Assembly (NCBI GenBank): GCA_030433255.1
Contig: JAUIMI010000002.1
Coordinates: 65,177 to 129,176 of the forward strand
Length of the DNA stretch: 64,000 nt
Direction: 5' to 3'
DNA from: a bacterium
GTDB lineage: Bacteria > Patescibacteriota > Minisyncoccia > Phycocordibacterales > UBA1006
Positions 1 to 10,455 of this stretch are shown piece by piece (the stretch's first letter is position 1; every line of letters starts with the position of its first letter). The notes beneath the pieces are model-generated. The model ran no database searches, was not told the origin of the DNA, and saw only the letters and a program-made list of their open reading frames with translations. The translations under genes and the position numbers were made by a program.

Positions 1-475
1 TATGAGGTTTTGGTTCACCGAAATGTTTTTCTAAATCAATATAATAATTATCACCATTATTACTATCAATATATACATCAAAGAGATGTTCTTCTAGCCA
101 TTTAATTGAGTATTCACTAAAAACCGGTTTTGTCTGAAATACTCGTTCCCCTTGTTCTTCCTTAAGAAAGAAAATAACACCATCATGTCCATCAATAGTA
201 TGATTCATATTTTCACTACGCATAAAACGTGCATGTATTTTTTTACCATACCGTTTTAATTCAACGTCTTGATGGTATTGTGGTCGATGTTTTGTAAACC
301 ACAACACACCAAATACAAGAAATACAAGACCGAAAACTAAACCTAAAATAATACCAAGATTATCTTTGAGATTATTTGTAATATTTCCTGTGTACGCATA
401 ATACAAGGAAAGAGCTGTTAGCGTACACCCGAAAAATATCATAAATAAGGCTGTTTTTTTAATACGTTTTTTCAT
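1..475 (-). CDS. hypothetical membrane-anchored protein, partial; the ORF runs off the window start
   Basis: Minus-strand ORF with ATG at 473-475 and no stop before position 1 (MKKRIKKTALFMIFFGCTLTALSLYYAYTGN...). It has an N-terminal TM segment and resembles the next gene (513..920) in architecture, including a shared GEP motif. It is absent from the ORF track, probably because it is incomplete. Confidence 0.4.
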   Translation of the reverse strand, partial: MKKRIKKTALFMIFFGCTLTALSLYYAYTGNITNNLKDNLGIILGLVFGLVFLVFGVLWFTKHRPQYHQDVELKRYGKKIHARFMRSENMNHTIDGHDGVIFFLKEEQGERVFQTKPVFSEYSIKWLEEHLFDVYIDSNNGDNYYIDLEKHFGEPKPH

Positions 476-512
476 ATTTTTATTATACATCATATTTTTT
501 ATTCTTATTAAA

Positions 513-920
513 TTATCTAACTCTATAAAATAGATATACTAAAAATAAAAAGATAAGGATAGTAGTAATAAAAGAAGGTAGAGTGTGTTTCTTAAATTGA
601 TAATCATAAAAATAAATATCATCATTGAAAACATAACCTCTAAGTTCTTCATTTATTGTTCTAAGGGAATAGGTTCCCTGTTTTGGAGTATATTCATAAA
701 AAACATTATTAAGATTGTATGTATAAGTCGGAAAATAAACATCACGTTCATGTGAATCCTTAATAGAGCGAACATTAATTACTTCAACAGAAACTGGTTC
801 ACCAAAATAATATGCATAACCAGACGAGAAACCTTCAAGAAACAAATCAAAAGTTATAAATAAGAAAAAAAGCCCAAATATTAAGATAGATTTTTTTCCT
901 GTTGCAATAGGTAGGTTCAT
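513..920 (-). CDS. hypothetical small membrane protein, N-terminal TM and C-terminal TM
   Basis: 135-aa ORF with hydrophobic N- and C-termini. It looks like a paralog of the partial upstream ORF. Confidence 0.4.
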   Translation of the reverse strand: MNLPIATGKKSILIFGLFFLFITFDLFLEGFSSGYAYYFGEPVSVEVINVRSIKDSHERDVYFPTYTYNLNNVFYEYTPKQGTYSLRTINEELRGYVFNDDIYFYDYQFKKHTLPSFITTILIFLFLVYLFYRVR

Positions 921-929
921 AGACTTATT

Positions 930-1709
930 TTATATACTAGATTCGAATAAAGATAAAGATGTAATCGCGGTATGTATATCATCAGGAATATTAACGAAAA
1001 TATCTATATGTTCATTATTAACATCAACAAAACTAATTCTCTGTGCATGTAATGCAGTTCGGTGAAGGCCGAGCACTTCTTTTCTCTTTCCACGATATAA
1101 AGAGTCAGCAACGATTGGATAATTCAACCATTTTAAATGAACGCGAATTTGATGAGTTCGTCCTGTTTTTGGTGAGCACTCAACCAGAGTATATTTTTGA
1201 AATTGACCTTGAACATCTTTCTTGGAATGTTCATCAACATACCGTTCAATAACACGATATGTTGTTTCTGCTTCACGTAATGTTCCCCTAGCATGATTTC
1301 CAGCAACCTTCATACGAAAATCTTTGCTATGCCGCCCAATTGGTTGATTTATAATTCCAGAGTCATGTTTAATGTGTCCATACACCAATGCATGGTATGT
1401 TTTTTCAACTTCCCTATTTTTAAATTTTTGCTTCAAATCTTCAAAGGATTCTTGTGTTTTAGCAATCACCAAAATTCCTGAAGTATCTCTATCAATACGA
1501 TGAACAATCCCTGGTCGATGTAACTCTATTTCGGTACCCTTGTGATGAATAAACATATTTTCCCCAACTCCACGTATATCGGGGTAGTTTTCAAGTATCC
1601 AATCAACAACCGTTCGCTCCTTTGTTTTCCCGTCGCTATGAACGACAAGACCACTTGGTTTATTAATAACCAAAACGTGTTTATTTTCGAAAAGAATTTC
1701 GATATTCAT
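930..1709 (-). CDS. rluD: RluA-family 23S rRNA/tRNA pseudouridine synthase (RluD-like)
   Basis: HRIDRDTSGILVIAKT motif (RluA family catalytic Asp); length 259 aa. Confidence 0.8.
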   Translation of the reverse strand: MNIEILFENKHVLVINKPSGLVVHSDGKTKERTVVDWILENYPDIRGVGENMFIHHKGTEIELHRPGIVHRIDRDTSGILVIAKTQESFEDLKQKFKNREVEKTYHALVYGHIKHDSGIINQPIGRHSKDFRMKVAGNHARGTLREAETTYRVIERYVDEHSKKDVQGQFQKYTLVECSPKTGRTHQIRVHLKWLNYPIVADSLYRGKRKEVLGLHRTALHAQRISFVDVNNEHIDIFVNIPDDIHTAITSLSLFESSI

Positions 1710-1757
1710 ATAAAAATTCTAACATGCAGATAAATAAAAAACACTCATAAGTGTTTT

Positions 1758-3065
1758 TTATTTATCTGAAAGTTTAATACTGTGAACCTTAGAACCATGA
1801 ACAACAACACTATGAACATGTTCTGCGTTTTCAATAAACCTATTAGGATTAATTCCCATTAATTGTTCATATTTTTTATAGGTTACGCGCATTTCATGAT
1901 TGTTCATGTTTTCATTTCTATCAACCGACCATACATCTAACGCTCTCATCATGTCCATATAACGCTCTAATTCAAATTCCTCATCTGAATCAAGAACACC
2001 TGTTTCAATAATTTTATCAAAGAATTTTCGATTATAGAGAATTGAGGTAATCCCATCATTTCTAATTTTGAGAAGATCTTTTTTGGGAAGTTTTTCTCTG
2101 GCATTATTAATTTTATTAAACAATTCTTGATATTTACCTTTACCCATCATAAAAATATTATGCAAAATATCTCCTTTTTGGAAAACAAGAGACATATCAG
2201 CATATCCAAAATTAAATTGATCAATATCATCATGTAACTCTGCACATTCATCAAGAAATGCATCGGTTATCTCTGTTTTTCCTTGTTCGTATTTTTCATC
2301 ATAATATACCTTTACCCACTTAAGAAAATCATGAATTGATTCCATGTGATTATAGAGTGCGGGATTTTCATTTGTTTTTTTATGAATATTTTTAGTATAT
2401 GTATCAACAAGATTATGCATATAATCCAATGAATGTTTATGAGCTTGGTTAAAATACTCTCTGTGTCTTTCATGGATTGTATTAATATTTTCAATATCCA
2501 TAGAGCTCGTTTTTACTTGAGTGAGATTAATTTTCTTATCGTAAAACTCGAGCAAATCTATCTCATACGCTGCATCTAGAAAATCATCAGTTCCAATTAA
2601 AACATTATTGTTGTTTTTATGTGCTTCCTTATATACAGTACTTACACGTTCATACACAGCATTAATTCCTTTTACGATACCTTCTGCATAGTAGTGTGAT
2701 TCTTTAGGATTAACAGAGTCAAATGCTGTTCGAGTTGCTGAGTATAAGTTACCCTGTTGATCTTCGGAGATACTAGTTTTGTAAAAAAATCTATCCCTTC
2801 CAACTAAAATTCTTAGTGCCTTATTTTGAAATCGTGATTCTAATTCCCTAAGCGTACGTTTTTCAAATTGTTCATCTTTATTCATCTTTTCAACTCTTGT
2901 TAAATTTAACTTAACATCACGATCAATAATATCTGATTTAATTTTAGTAGCTTCGTCCATTAAACGATCTCGAGTTGTTTTTTCTAAACTAGACTCAAAT
3001 GAGACTTCTTTAATCGAAACTGATTCTGCTTTATTCTTTTTATTAATAAACATTTCAAATGACAT
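1758..3065 (-). CDS. hypothetical cytoplasmic protein
   Basis: 435-aa ORF with no TM segment and no motif I recognise. Confidence 0.45.
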   Translation of the reverse strand: MSFEMFINKKNKAESVSIKEVSFESSLEKTTRDRLMDEATKIKSDIIDRDVKLNLTRVEKMNKDEQFEKRTLRELESRFQNKALRILVGRDRFFYKTSISEDQQGNLYSATRTAFDSVNPKESHYYAEGIVKGINAVYERVSTVYKEAHKNNNNVLIGTDDFLDAAYEIDLLEFYDKKINLTQVKTSSMDIENINTIHERHREYFNQAHKHSLDYMHNLVDTYTKNIHKKTNENPALYNHMESIHDFLKWVKVYYDEKYEQGKTEITDAFLDECAELHDDIDQFNFGYADMSLVFQKGDILHNIFMMGKGKYQELFNKINNAREKLPKKDLLKIRNDGITSILYNRKFFDKIIETGVLDSDEEFELERYMDMMRALDVWSVDRNENMNNHEMRVTYKKYEQLMGINPNRFIENAEHVHSVVVHGSKVHSIKLSDK

Positions 3066-3133
3066 GTATTAATAATACAATTAAAATAATTTATAACAAA
3101 TCGTACCTATTAAATAAATGATATACTAACACT

Positions 3134-3703
3134 ATGATTTCATATCTTACTGGAAAACCACTATTTGAAGTAGATGCCACTCTTGTTTTAGATGTGCGTG
3201 ATGTTGGCTATACAATATATGTTACTGAGGCGACACTTTCATGGGCACTGATGCAAACAACAATTTCTCTGTGGATTCATACCCTTGTCCGTGAAAATAA
3301 TTTTGATCTGTACGGATTTGAAACAAAAAACGAACTATATTTTTTTAAAAAACTTATTGATGTTTCGGGTATTGGACCAAAATCAGCACTTGGTATCATT
3401 GCACTTGCCTCAACTGATACCCTGTATCAAGCTATTGTGAATAATAATATTAGCTTCCTTACCTCTGTTCCTGGAATAGGAAAAAAAACAGCAGAACGTA
3501 TGTGTGTTGAGTTACGGGATAAATTAAAAGATTATGCAGGAGAAACAAAACAATCAGTTCACGAAGGAGATAATGATGTTGTTGATGCTCTGGTTTCGCT
3601 AGGGTATTCCCCATCGCAAGCCTACAAAGCATTAGAGAACATAGATACTGCAATTACTGAAACGAGTGAAAGAATTAAAGCTGCTCTGGGTCAGATAACA
3701 TAA
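3134..3703 (+). CDS. ruvA: Holliday junction branch-migration protein RuvA
   Basis: N-terminal MISYLTGK...DVGYTIYV OB domain, a GIGPKSALGIIA helix-hairpin-helix and a C-terminal domain; 189 aa. Confidence 0.85.
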   Translation: MISYLTGKPLFEVDATLVLDVRDVGYTIYVTEATLSWALMQTTISLWIHTLVRENNFDLYGFETKNELYFFKKLIDVSGIGPKSALGIIALASTDTLYQAIVNNNISFLTSVPGIGKKTAERMCVELRDKLKDYAGETKQSVHEGDNDVVDALVSLGYSPSQAYKALENIDTAITETSERIKAALGQIT

Positions 3704-3731
3704 AAAACGAAGATAATATTCTTCGTTTTTT
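3704..3731 (+). terminator. intrinsic terminator after ruvA
   Basis: AAAACGAAG-ataatatt-CTTCGTTTT hairpin followed by a T-run. Confidence 0.6.
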
Positions 3732-3840
3732 ATGTGTGAGGTAATTTTTAGTAAAATAATTTATCGAAACATAATTATTGACTTTATGTCAATTTTTTGT
3801 TAAATTAATAACAAAATTATATTAACAAAAAAATAACACA

Positions 3841-5670
3841 ATGAAGACAATTAAACACTTACTACTGTTACTTATAACTATTCTCACTTTTTCATGCGAA
3901 AAAGATGATGAGATTGTTGTTGATAATGAAGCATTTCAATATCAATTACATCTTACGGATACACTTAGTTATATAACAGAACCCTATGAAACAGTTCTCA
4001 TACCACTAGATGCAACAGCACCTGAATATGACCTTGTTCAGGTTCGGTTTAAAAAAAATGGGCAACCGTTTAAAACAAGTGATTTAGAATATATTGGAGA
4101 AAATACATGGAGACGTGGTGGAATTGCTGGAGATAGTAACTTCGATATTACCCCGAATGATAATATTAGTGGTGCAATTACTGCCTTACTGGTTATCAAT
4201 ACCATTGAGAAACCTAATACTGAATTAAGTATTAATATTAATTGGCCTCAAGATACCACTCCTGTTGAATATGAAACTATAGAAATATCATCAATTCAAC
4301 AATCAACGTTGTCAGGAAACACTCTTGTCACTGAAAACTTGTTTCATCAAAATAGTTACAATACAGGGCAACTTGTTACTCGACTATTTTATAATGGTAC
4401 AGAGCTTGGAGATGATATCAACACCTTTGTTGGTGTAAATGGTTCTACACATAGCACCTACACCCACTCTCAAATACAAGGAAATCGTACATATCAAATG
4501 TTGGTAGAAAATACTAATCCAGATGAGCCGACCTACGCTTTTGTTGATAGTGCTGGAGATATCATTGTTGACACTAATAGTGAGCCGGTTTCTTCTATTG
4601 TGTTGGAGTTTACAACCCTCGAGGTAACAGCACAAGTTGAAAGTCAAACACCTAATGTGGGACCAAATAGTATTATGATTAATGCTGAGGTTTCTACCAA
4701 CAGCACATTATCAGAAGATATTACGGTTAAATTATTTCCTCAAGGAAGTACCACCGAAATATATAGTTCATCGGTATTTTCAACACCATCTGGTGGAGGT
4801 AATTTATTTATTAATGATTTGCTAATTGATGGATTAACAAGTGGTTCCCACTATGATTTAAAATACTTTCTCAATACTAACACTACGCCGTTTGCCACAT
4901 ATACGCTAACGACACTTTCATCAGGAAGTTTTAGTGCAATTTTTGGTACCATTAATGAAAATGTTAATGGTGGTGAGGTGCAAATTATTTGGGGTAATCA
5001 ATCTGGTGATGATATTAATGGATTTTGGGAATTTTCAGGAACTGATGTTCAGGGAAATAATTATATATATACCGAACCAATAAATTTCAACAATGGATTA
5101 ATTAATCAATCGACACTACAAACAATTAGTGGTTTCCAACAAAATTCATTCATTACTGTACGTATATTAATTAATGATGTTCCATATATAGAAACTTCTT
5201 TTGGGACAAACCCAATAACGTATTCAAATTATCAAAACATAGGATTAGATGACACATCAAACCCTATTGAACTGAATCCAGGTGAAGGAAATATAAATAG
5301 GTCAAAAATAACATTTAGCTCAAATGGAATAGGTACAATTACTACTGTTATTTTCCGATTGATAAATAATAATGGACTGAATCCAAATGGATATATTGAT
5401 AATGTAAGTTTCGCTGGAGGCCCTCATTTTGATGTAACCTTTACTGAAACAAGTACTGGTTCAGGTGTTTGGGAGGCAAATCTCAATATAGATAATACTA
5501 TTTTATCTGGATCAAATATGTATACGGTAGGTATTGGTACAGAAAATTACACTGTTTCAACAACAGGAACAAGTGATGATTTTGATTTGCAGGTTCTTAT
5601 TATTGATGAAAACAATATTCTCACTGATGAGTTCGCAAACAGTATTCTCTTACAATTTAATGAAATCTAA
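3841..5670 (+). CDS. secreted lipoprotein, hypothetical (609 aa)
   Basis: Signal peptide with lipobox LTFSC; Asn/Thr/Ser-rich extracellular protein. Confidence 0.55.
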   Translation: MKTIKHLLLLLITILTFSCEKDDEIVVDNEAFQYQLHLTDTLSYITEPYETVLIPLDATAPEYDLVQVRFKKNGQPFKTSDLEYIGENTWRRGGIAGDSNFDITPNDNISGAITALLVINTIEKPNTELSININWPQDTTPVEYETIEISSIQQSTLSGNTLVTENLFHQNSYNTGQLVTRLFYNGTELGDDINTFVGVNGSTHSTYTHSQIQGNRTYQMLVENTNPDEPTYAFVDSAGDIIVDTNSEPVSSIVLEFTTLEVTAQVESQTPNVGPNSIMINAEVSTNSTLSEDITVKLFPQGSTTEIYSSSVFSTPSGGGNLFINDLLIDGLTSGSHYDLKYFLNTNTTPFATYTLTTLSSGSFSAIFGTINENVNGGEVQIIWGNQSGDDINGFWEFSGTDVQGNNYIYTEPINFNNGLINQSTLQTISGFQQNSFITVRILINDVPYIETSFGTNPITYSNYQNIGLDDTSNPIELNPGEGNINRSKITFSSNGIGTITTVIFRLINNNGLNPNGYIDNVSFAGGPHFDVTFTETSTGSGVWEANLNIDNTILSGSNMYTVGIGTENYTVSTTGTSDDFDLQVLIIDENNILTDEFANSILLQFNEI

Positions 5671-5673
5671 AAC

Positions 5674-5705
5674 AAAAAACCTTACAGATATCTGTAAGGT
5701 TTTTA
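5674..5705 (+). terminator. intrinsic terminator
   Basis: CCTTACAG-atat-CTGTAAGG hairpin plus T-run. It is nearly identical to the terminator at 7115-7148. Confidence 0.6.
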
Positions 5706-5792
5706 TTGACAAAAAATTAATATAATTGTATTATATTAATCAAATGTTTCTAAAATGGGAACGTATAGTTTAACAATTTAAAACCAAAATCA

Positions 5793-7103
5793 ATGAAAAA
5801 ATTATTTTTCTTATTATCTGTCTTAATTATTTTTTTATCAACTTCTTGTACAACAGAAGATGATTGTGAAGTTATGGTGCAAGAAATATACGCATCAATG
5901 AACTACATGAGTGTATACAATGTCACTGAATACAGTGCGGATGTATCAGCTAATATTTATATTAGTAGTAATGAACCACAAATAATAAAAATGTATCTTT
6001 ATGGTGGAGGTGGAATAGAACCTATTCAAGCCTTTGAATATGTAACAACTGGTAGTGAATTTCAAATTACTGAAACACTACAAGGGTTATCTCCATTTCA
6101 TGCATATGAATTAAGATTCTTTTTAAACGATTATTTAGATGTAGGAGATTCATTTTATTTTAAAGAATTTGCTACCTTAAATAATCCAAGTGTTGATTTT
6201 ACTAATTTACCTATAAACGATATGGTTTTTGTCCAATCAACTGGTTTTGTGTATGCCACTATCCCAAGTTCATACGGTCAAAACGGTAATAGTGTTGCAA
6301 TTATTAACCCAGAAACTCAAGAAATTACTTTCTTGCCTGTTGGCCCAGAACCTACTGTAATTCGTACAAATAACACAGAAGACTATTTATATGTTTCTTG
6401 TGGAACGCAGGTATATCAAATTAACGTAAATTCAAATAGTGTTAATGTATTATTCAATGTTGCCTTAGATTCAGATTGGCCTTTAGTAATAGAAGATATG
6501 GCCATATATCCAAACCAAAACATTGTGGCTGTAAGTCTTATGACAACTGGGGGTGCATCAAATTTTGAAGCTGTTGTTATTTATGATAATGGTATTCAGA
6601 GACCAGATATTATTGGTGATGATTTTTCTGAAAATGACGCCCACACTATTACCTTTATTGGTACTAATTTATGGGGATATAATAATAAAAGCACTGCTTT
6701 TGAATTAAGCCTCTATGATTTATACAGTCAGGGTATAGAAGAAATGGATGAATATCAAAATGTAATTAGCGGGTTTTATTTAACACTTACCTCTTATGGA
6801 GATTATCTATTTACCGAAAAAGGACATATCGTTGAAGTGGCTGGTGAAGAAATAGAACAAGCTATTACGATTAACGGAGAATTTAGTGGAAAAGATATGA
6901 CCATAGACCAAGAGAATGAGCTTATTATTTATCTTAAAAATGACGATAATAGTATATTGAGATATGACTTAAATAATTATACCCTTTTTGATGAGTTTGA
7001 AATTCAAGATAAAGAAGGGGATTTAGAACAAGTTGTATGCACCGGTGAATCATCGTATGTGCTTAGTACTGATGAAAATGAATTAATTTTTCTTAATTTA
7101 TAA
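5793..7103 (+). CDS. secreted lipoprotein, hypothetical (436 aa)
   Basis: Signal peptide with lipobox LSTSC, then a hydrophilic extracellular protein. Confidence 0.55.
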   Translation: MKKLFFLLSVLIIFLSTSCTTEDDCEVMVQEIYASMNYMSVYNVTEYSADVSANIYISSNEPQIIKMYLYGGGGIEPIQAFEYVTTGSEFQITETLQGLSPFHAYELRFFLNDYLDVGDSFYFKEFATLNNPSVDFTNLPINDMVFVQSTGFVYATIPSSYGQNGNSVAIINPETQEITFLPVGPEPTVIRTNNTEDYLYVSCGTQVYQINVNSNSVNVLFNVALDSDWPLVIEDMAIYPNQNIVAVSLMTTGGASNFEAVVIYDNGIQRPDIIGDDFSENDAHTITFIGTNLWGYNNKSTAFELSLYDLYSQGIEEMDEYQNVISGFYLTLTSYGDYLFTEKGHIVEVAGEEIEQAITINGEFSGKDMTIDQENELIIYLKNDDNSILRYDLNNYTLFDEFEIQDKEGDLEQVVCTGESSYVLSTDENELIFLNL

Positions 7104-7114
7104 AAATAGAATAC

Positions 7115-7148
7115 AAAAAACCTTACATCTACCTGTAAGGTTTTTTTA
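7115..7148. terminator. bidirectional intrinsic terminator between the lipoprotein gene and the convergent SpoU gene
   Basis: A-run, then CCTTACA-tctacc-TGTAAGG, then T-run. Confidence 0.55.
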
Positions 7149-7619
7149 TTTAAAAACTGAATATGCAGCAATACCAAACGCAACTGAAACATTTAATGAT
7201 TCCTTTTCCCCACGCATTGGTATTTCAATAATATCGTGAGCAAGAAGTAATATTTCTGGATCAAAACCAGTTGTTTCTTCACCCATAGCAAGAATTAATT
7301 CTAGTGTATTACTATCATGCACAAAACGATCATACACAACAGAATTGTTATGTTGTTCAACACATACTAATCGTGCACCTTCGTTTTTTAAAGCAACAAT
7401 GTCTTCAGGAATATTTGATAACTGAGACCATGAAACTGATTGTTCAGCACCGAGTGCAATCTTATGCATATCATTTCGGTTTCTTCCGAAACGATCAACA
7501 GGCAGTGGTGTGTATCCAGATAAATAAATATGATCAATACCAACAGCATCTACTGTTCGAAATATAGAACCAACATTATATACAGAACGAATATTATGTA
7601 ACCAAACTGATTTTTTCAT
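7146..7619 (-). CDS. SpoU/TrmH-family RNA 2'-O-methyltransferase (TrmL-like)
   Basis: 157 aa; N-terminal NIRSVYNVGSIFRTVDAVG and C-terminal SpoU motifs (LLAHDIIEIPMRG, ESLNVSVAFGIAAY). Confidence 0.75.
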   Translation of the reverse strand: MKKSVWLHNIRSVYNVGSIFRTVDAVGIDHIYLSGYTPLPVDRFGRNRNDMHKIALGAEQSVSWSQLSNIPEDIVALKNEGARLVCVEQHNNSVVYDRFVHDSNTLELILAMGEETTGFDPEILLLAHDIIEIPMRGEKESLNVSVAFGIAAYSVFK

Positions 7620-7651
7620 AGAAATTAATACTAGTTAACGTAGAAGAAAAA

Positions 7652-8194
7652 TTAGGAAGGGGTAATACAATAAGCGTAATCATATCTTCCTGATGAACCC
7701 ATAAAGGGGTCGAGGTTGGGAAAATATGTATTAGTTGAAAAAACTAAAGCATAAGTATCATCACGAGCATCCGGACAATATGAATAAACTTCAGAATAAT
7801 AATCCCCTTCTGCATAAAACATACATTCAACACTATTTAAATCTAAAGTACCTGAATATGTACTAATATAAATCTCTAAATCTTCAAGAAATTTTTGCCA
7901 ATTTGCATAATAAGTTGAACCAAAACCAAGACCACTACTACTCGGGCAATTTGCGGCAAAATAACGAACTTCACCTCCGCTTGTAAATGTTGACCAATCA
8001 TTATCTCCAGGATAATGTCCGTGATCAATATGATACATTTCCAAAACCTGAGATAAAGCTCGTATACGAGCAAGACTACGTGTATCACCTGCTTTAGTAC
8101 GAGCATTATTTAGAGAAGCAAGAACAACTGTTGCTAGAACTCCAATAATAGCTATAACTACCAGTAATTCAATAAGTGTAAATCCTTTTTTCAT
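7652..8194 (-). CDS. type IV pilin / pseudopilin with a prepilin class III signal
   Basis: [29 protein letters not shown]-terminus with the G-F-T-L-I-E cleavage/methylation motif. The likely start is the internal Met; the ORF track extends to 8212. Two Cys pairs lie in the C-terminal half. Confidence 0.75.
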   Translation of the reverse strand: MKKGFTLIELLVVIAIIGVLATVVLASLNNARTKAGDTRSLARIRALSQVLEMYHIDHGHYPGDNDWSTFTSGGEVRYFAANCPSSSGLGFGSTYYANWQKFLEDLEIYISTYSGTLDLNSVECMFYAEGDYYSEVYSYCPDARDDTYALVFSTNTYFPNLDPFMGSSGRYDYAYCITPS

Positions 8195-8231
8195 ATAAAG
8201 ATATGATAACATAAAAACATTTACAATTTAA

Positions 8232-9230
8232 TTAAAAATCAAGAAAGTATCCATTATCTAAGGTTAATGGAATCTCTGGACAACCAAGAATCTTATTCGC
8301 TTGATATCGTGTTGATTGATACCAATATCCTGTAGGCTCTTTAAGGTTCCATGGGTCAAGTATTTCTTCTCGATACTTTTCTTGAAAATCTTTAATCGCC
8401 TGGGTAGTATTTCCACCGTTAATACCATCAAGGATTAGTGATCTTTCCAAGTGCTGATTCAAAAAATTTTGAATTCTTTTAATTTCTGGACTATAGGTTC
8501 CCTTTTTATGGTAGGTATTGAAAGGAACATTACATTTCTCATCATCAATAACCACCTCTTGATTATCTGAAATTGCAACCTCATTTAACTGTTCAATAAT
8601 TTCTTGTGTCGCCTCGTCATATTCACATAGTGAGGAATCATGTCTCCCAAAAGAAGAACTGTAGTTTATAGCGTCTGGATCTTTACAGATATATCTCACT
8701 GATCCTCCCCCTGAACCACTACTTGAGCTATTACTTGTACATGTGAAATCGAATTGCACGTAACCTGGATTTCCAGCACCAACAGATGAATCAAATACTA
8801 ACCATCCAGCATTTTGAATCCAAGCCTCCCCATTCAAAACTCCATTACTATCAACAGTTACACCACCATTAGTTGGGGCAAAGTTAATCCATCCAGCACT
8901 GCTTCCCCAAGCGAAACCAGATAGAGTTCCTGTTTGAGTATTTGCATCACAACTAATACCAACATTATAATTAGTTCCTGAAAACTGAATCCAACCTAAA
9001 CCTGCGGACCACGCCTGTCCGGTCAAGCCGGTATTTGCATCCAAATTAGCAGCTAAAGATGCATTAGTAGGAGCAAAATTAACATTTTCAGCCCCCACAG
9101 CAACAAAACCTGGGTTATCAATATAGGCTGTTTGGTTTCCCGAAATTACTCCTCCAGCATACGCAACAGAATTACCAACAGCAAACAAAGAGAAAATTAT
9201 AAAAAATTTTTTAAGCGTAGTATAACTCAT
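8232..9230 (-). CDS. secreted protein with G-x-AW...GW-x-F repeats, a Cys motif and a C-terminal peptidoglycan-binding-like domain
   Basis: Signal peptide; three GQAWSAGLGWIQFS-type repeats; RYICKDPDAINY...RHDSSLC motif; C-terminal ...TTQAIKDFQEKY...PTGYWYQSTRYQANKILGC resembles a PG_binding_1 domain and is homologous to the C-terminus of the 56437..57867 protein. Confidence 0.5.
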   Translation of the reverse strand: MSYTTLKKFFIIFSLFAVGNSVAYAGGVISGNQTAYIDNPGFVAVGAENVNFAPTNASLAANLDANTGLTGQAWSAGLGWIQFSGTNYNVGISCDANTQTGTLSGFAWGSSAGWINFAPTNGGVTVDSNGVLNGEAWIQNAGWLVFDSSVGAGNPGYVQFDFTCTSNSSSSGSGGGSVRYICKDPDAINYSSSFGRHDSSLCEYDEATQEIIEQLNEVAISDNQEVVIDDEKCNVPFNTYHKKGTYSPEIKRIQNFLNQHLERSLILDGINGGNTTQAIKDFQEKYREEILDPWNLKEPTGYWYQSTRYQANKILGCPEIPLTLDNGYFLDF

Positions 9231-9234
9231 AAAT

Positions 9235-10428
9235 TTAGAAGGTACTTAAGGCGCTACGTTTCCACCCAGCACTTGTTTTTACATAGAAGAAATCATCATC
9301 ATATGCATAATCTCCTTCTTCGCCGCTAGCATCTGCAGTACTTGTCGGTGTGAAGTTTTGTCTTAAGGTGTTATTTACCCATTCTTTGTTGACTAAAACC
9401 TTTTCAGTAGCACTATCAATATTAGAGACATCACCATTGTAATTAATGATTCCACTAAAATCACTTTCTGCTTCTCCTTGATTCCAAATGAATCGAAGTT
9501 TATGGCCTTCATTATCCAAATGCTGTTTGAGAGATGTTATATCTCCACCTCCACCACCTTGTAGATAAGCAACGTCACCCGTGAAATTTAAAGTTGTACC
9601 TAAATTTGCAGTACTAACATCAAAATCCAAAAAAATAGCTTGTGCTCCAGTGAGCGTTCCTTGTCGTAAATCAACTGTTGGGTGCATCCCTTGTGCAAAA
9701 GCAACTGTTGCATTTGGATTATTAACAAGAACATTAGGAGAAACACCTCTCATAACCTGACTTACACTTGCGGGTTGGTTACCCTCAAGTTTCACCCGTA
9801 CAACCTGACCATTGAGAAATCCAACATCTCCGCCTCCAAGGTGGTAAGATTTCACGTCAGATCCATATACCAAAAGATTATCAGAATTACCAGTCTTTCT
9901 AACTCCAATATCAAAACCTGTTGTTCCTTCTGAATTATCATTACTTGAATCTATTATATTTCTCAAATCACCCCAATATCTTCCAACACCTGATGGATTT
10001 GCCGTTCTTTCAAGTTGAATAAGTCTATTAGCAATGGAACCACCAATTGATGGATCTTCTGTTTGATTCTGCCAAATAGTAGGATTGAAAAAAGTAGTGT
10101 CAGTTTCAGGTGTTGCAAGGAAAATTTCCTTACTCTCTAAAACTGTTTTGCCAGTAGCATCGTCAAGTAGAATTTTTGTCCCATTATTTGAATCATCATG
10201 ATCTCCAATAACAGTAACAAGATCGCCTCCAGTACGAGTTCCGCTATCTGTATACCCTTGATGATTTAAGTTAACAAAACAGTTTGGGTCGCCAAGTGAA
10301 CAATCTGGGTCAATCTCTTGAAGATCAGGAGTATAGCCACCAATAGGAGGAACCCCTCCAATAGCAAAACTAGCGGTTGCTGTCGCTAAAAAAATGAATA
10401 AAATTCCGTAAAATATTTTTGTTTTCAT
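9235..10428 (-). CDS. secreted hypothetical protein (397 aa)
   Basis: Signal peptide; Gly/Asn/Thr-rich. It is 4 bp from the downstream gene and is probably co-transcribed with the pilin gene. Confidence 0.45.
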   Translation of the reverse strand: MKTKIFYGILFIFLATATASFAIGGVPPIGGYTPDLQEIDPDCSLGDPNCFVNLNHQGYTDSGTRTGGDLVTVIGDHDDSNNGTKILLDDATGKTVLESKEIFLATPETDTTFFNPTIWQNQTEDPSIGGSIANRLIQLERTANPSGVGRYWGDLRNIIDSSNDNSEGTTGFDIGVRKTGNSDNLLVYGSDVKSYHLGGGDVGFLNGQVVRVKLEGNQPASVSQVMRGVSPNVLVNNPNATVAFAQGMHPTVDLRQGTLTGAQAIFLDFDVSTANLGTTLNFTGDVAYLQGGGGGDITSLKQHLDNEGHKLRFIWNQGEAESDFSGIINYNGDVSNIDSATEKVLVNKEWVNNTLRQNFTPTSTADASGEEGDYAYDDDFFYVKTSAGWKRSALSTF

Positions 10429-10455
10429 AAATAATTTTTTTAAAAAAGTGAATAA

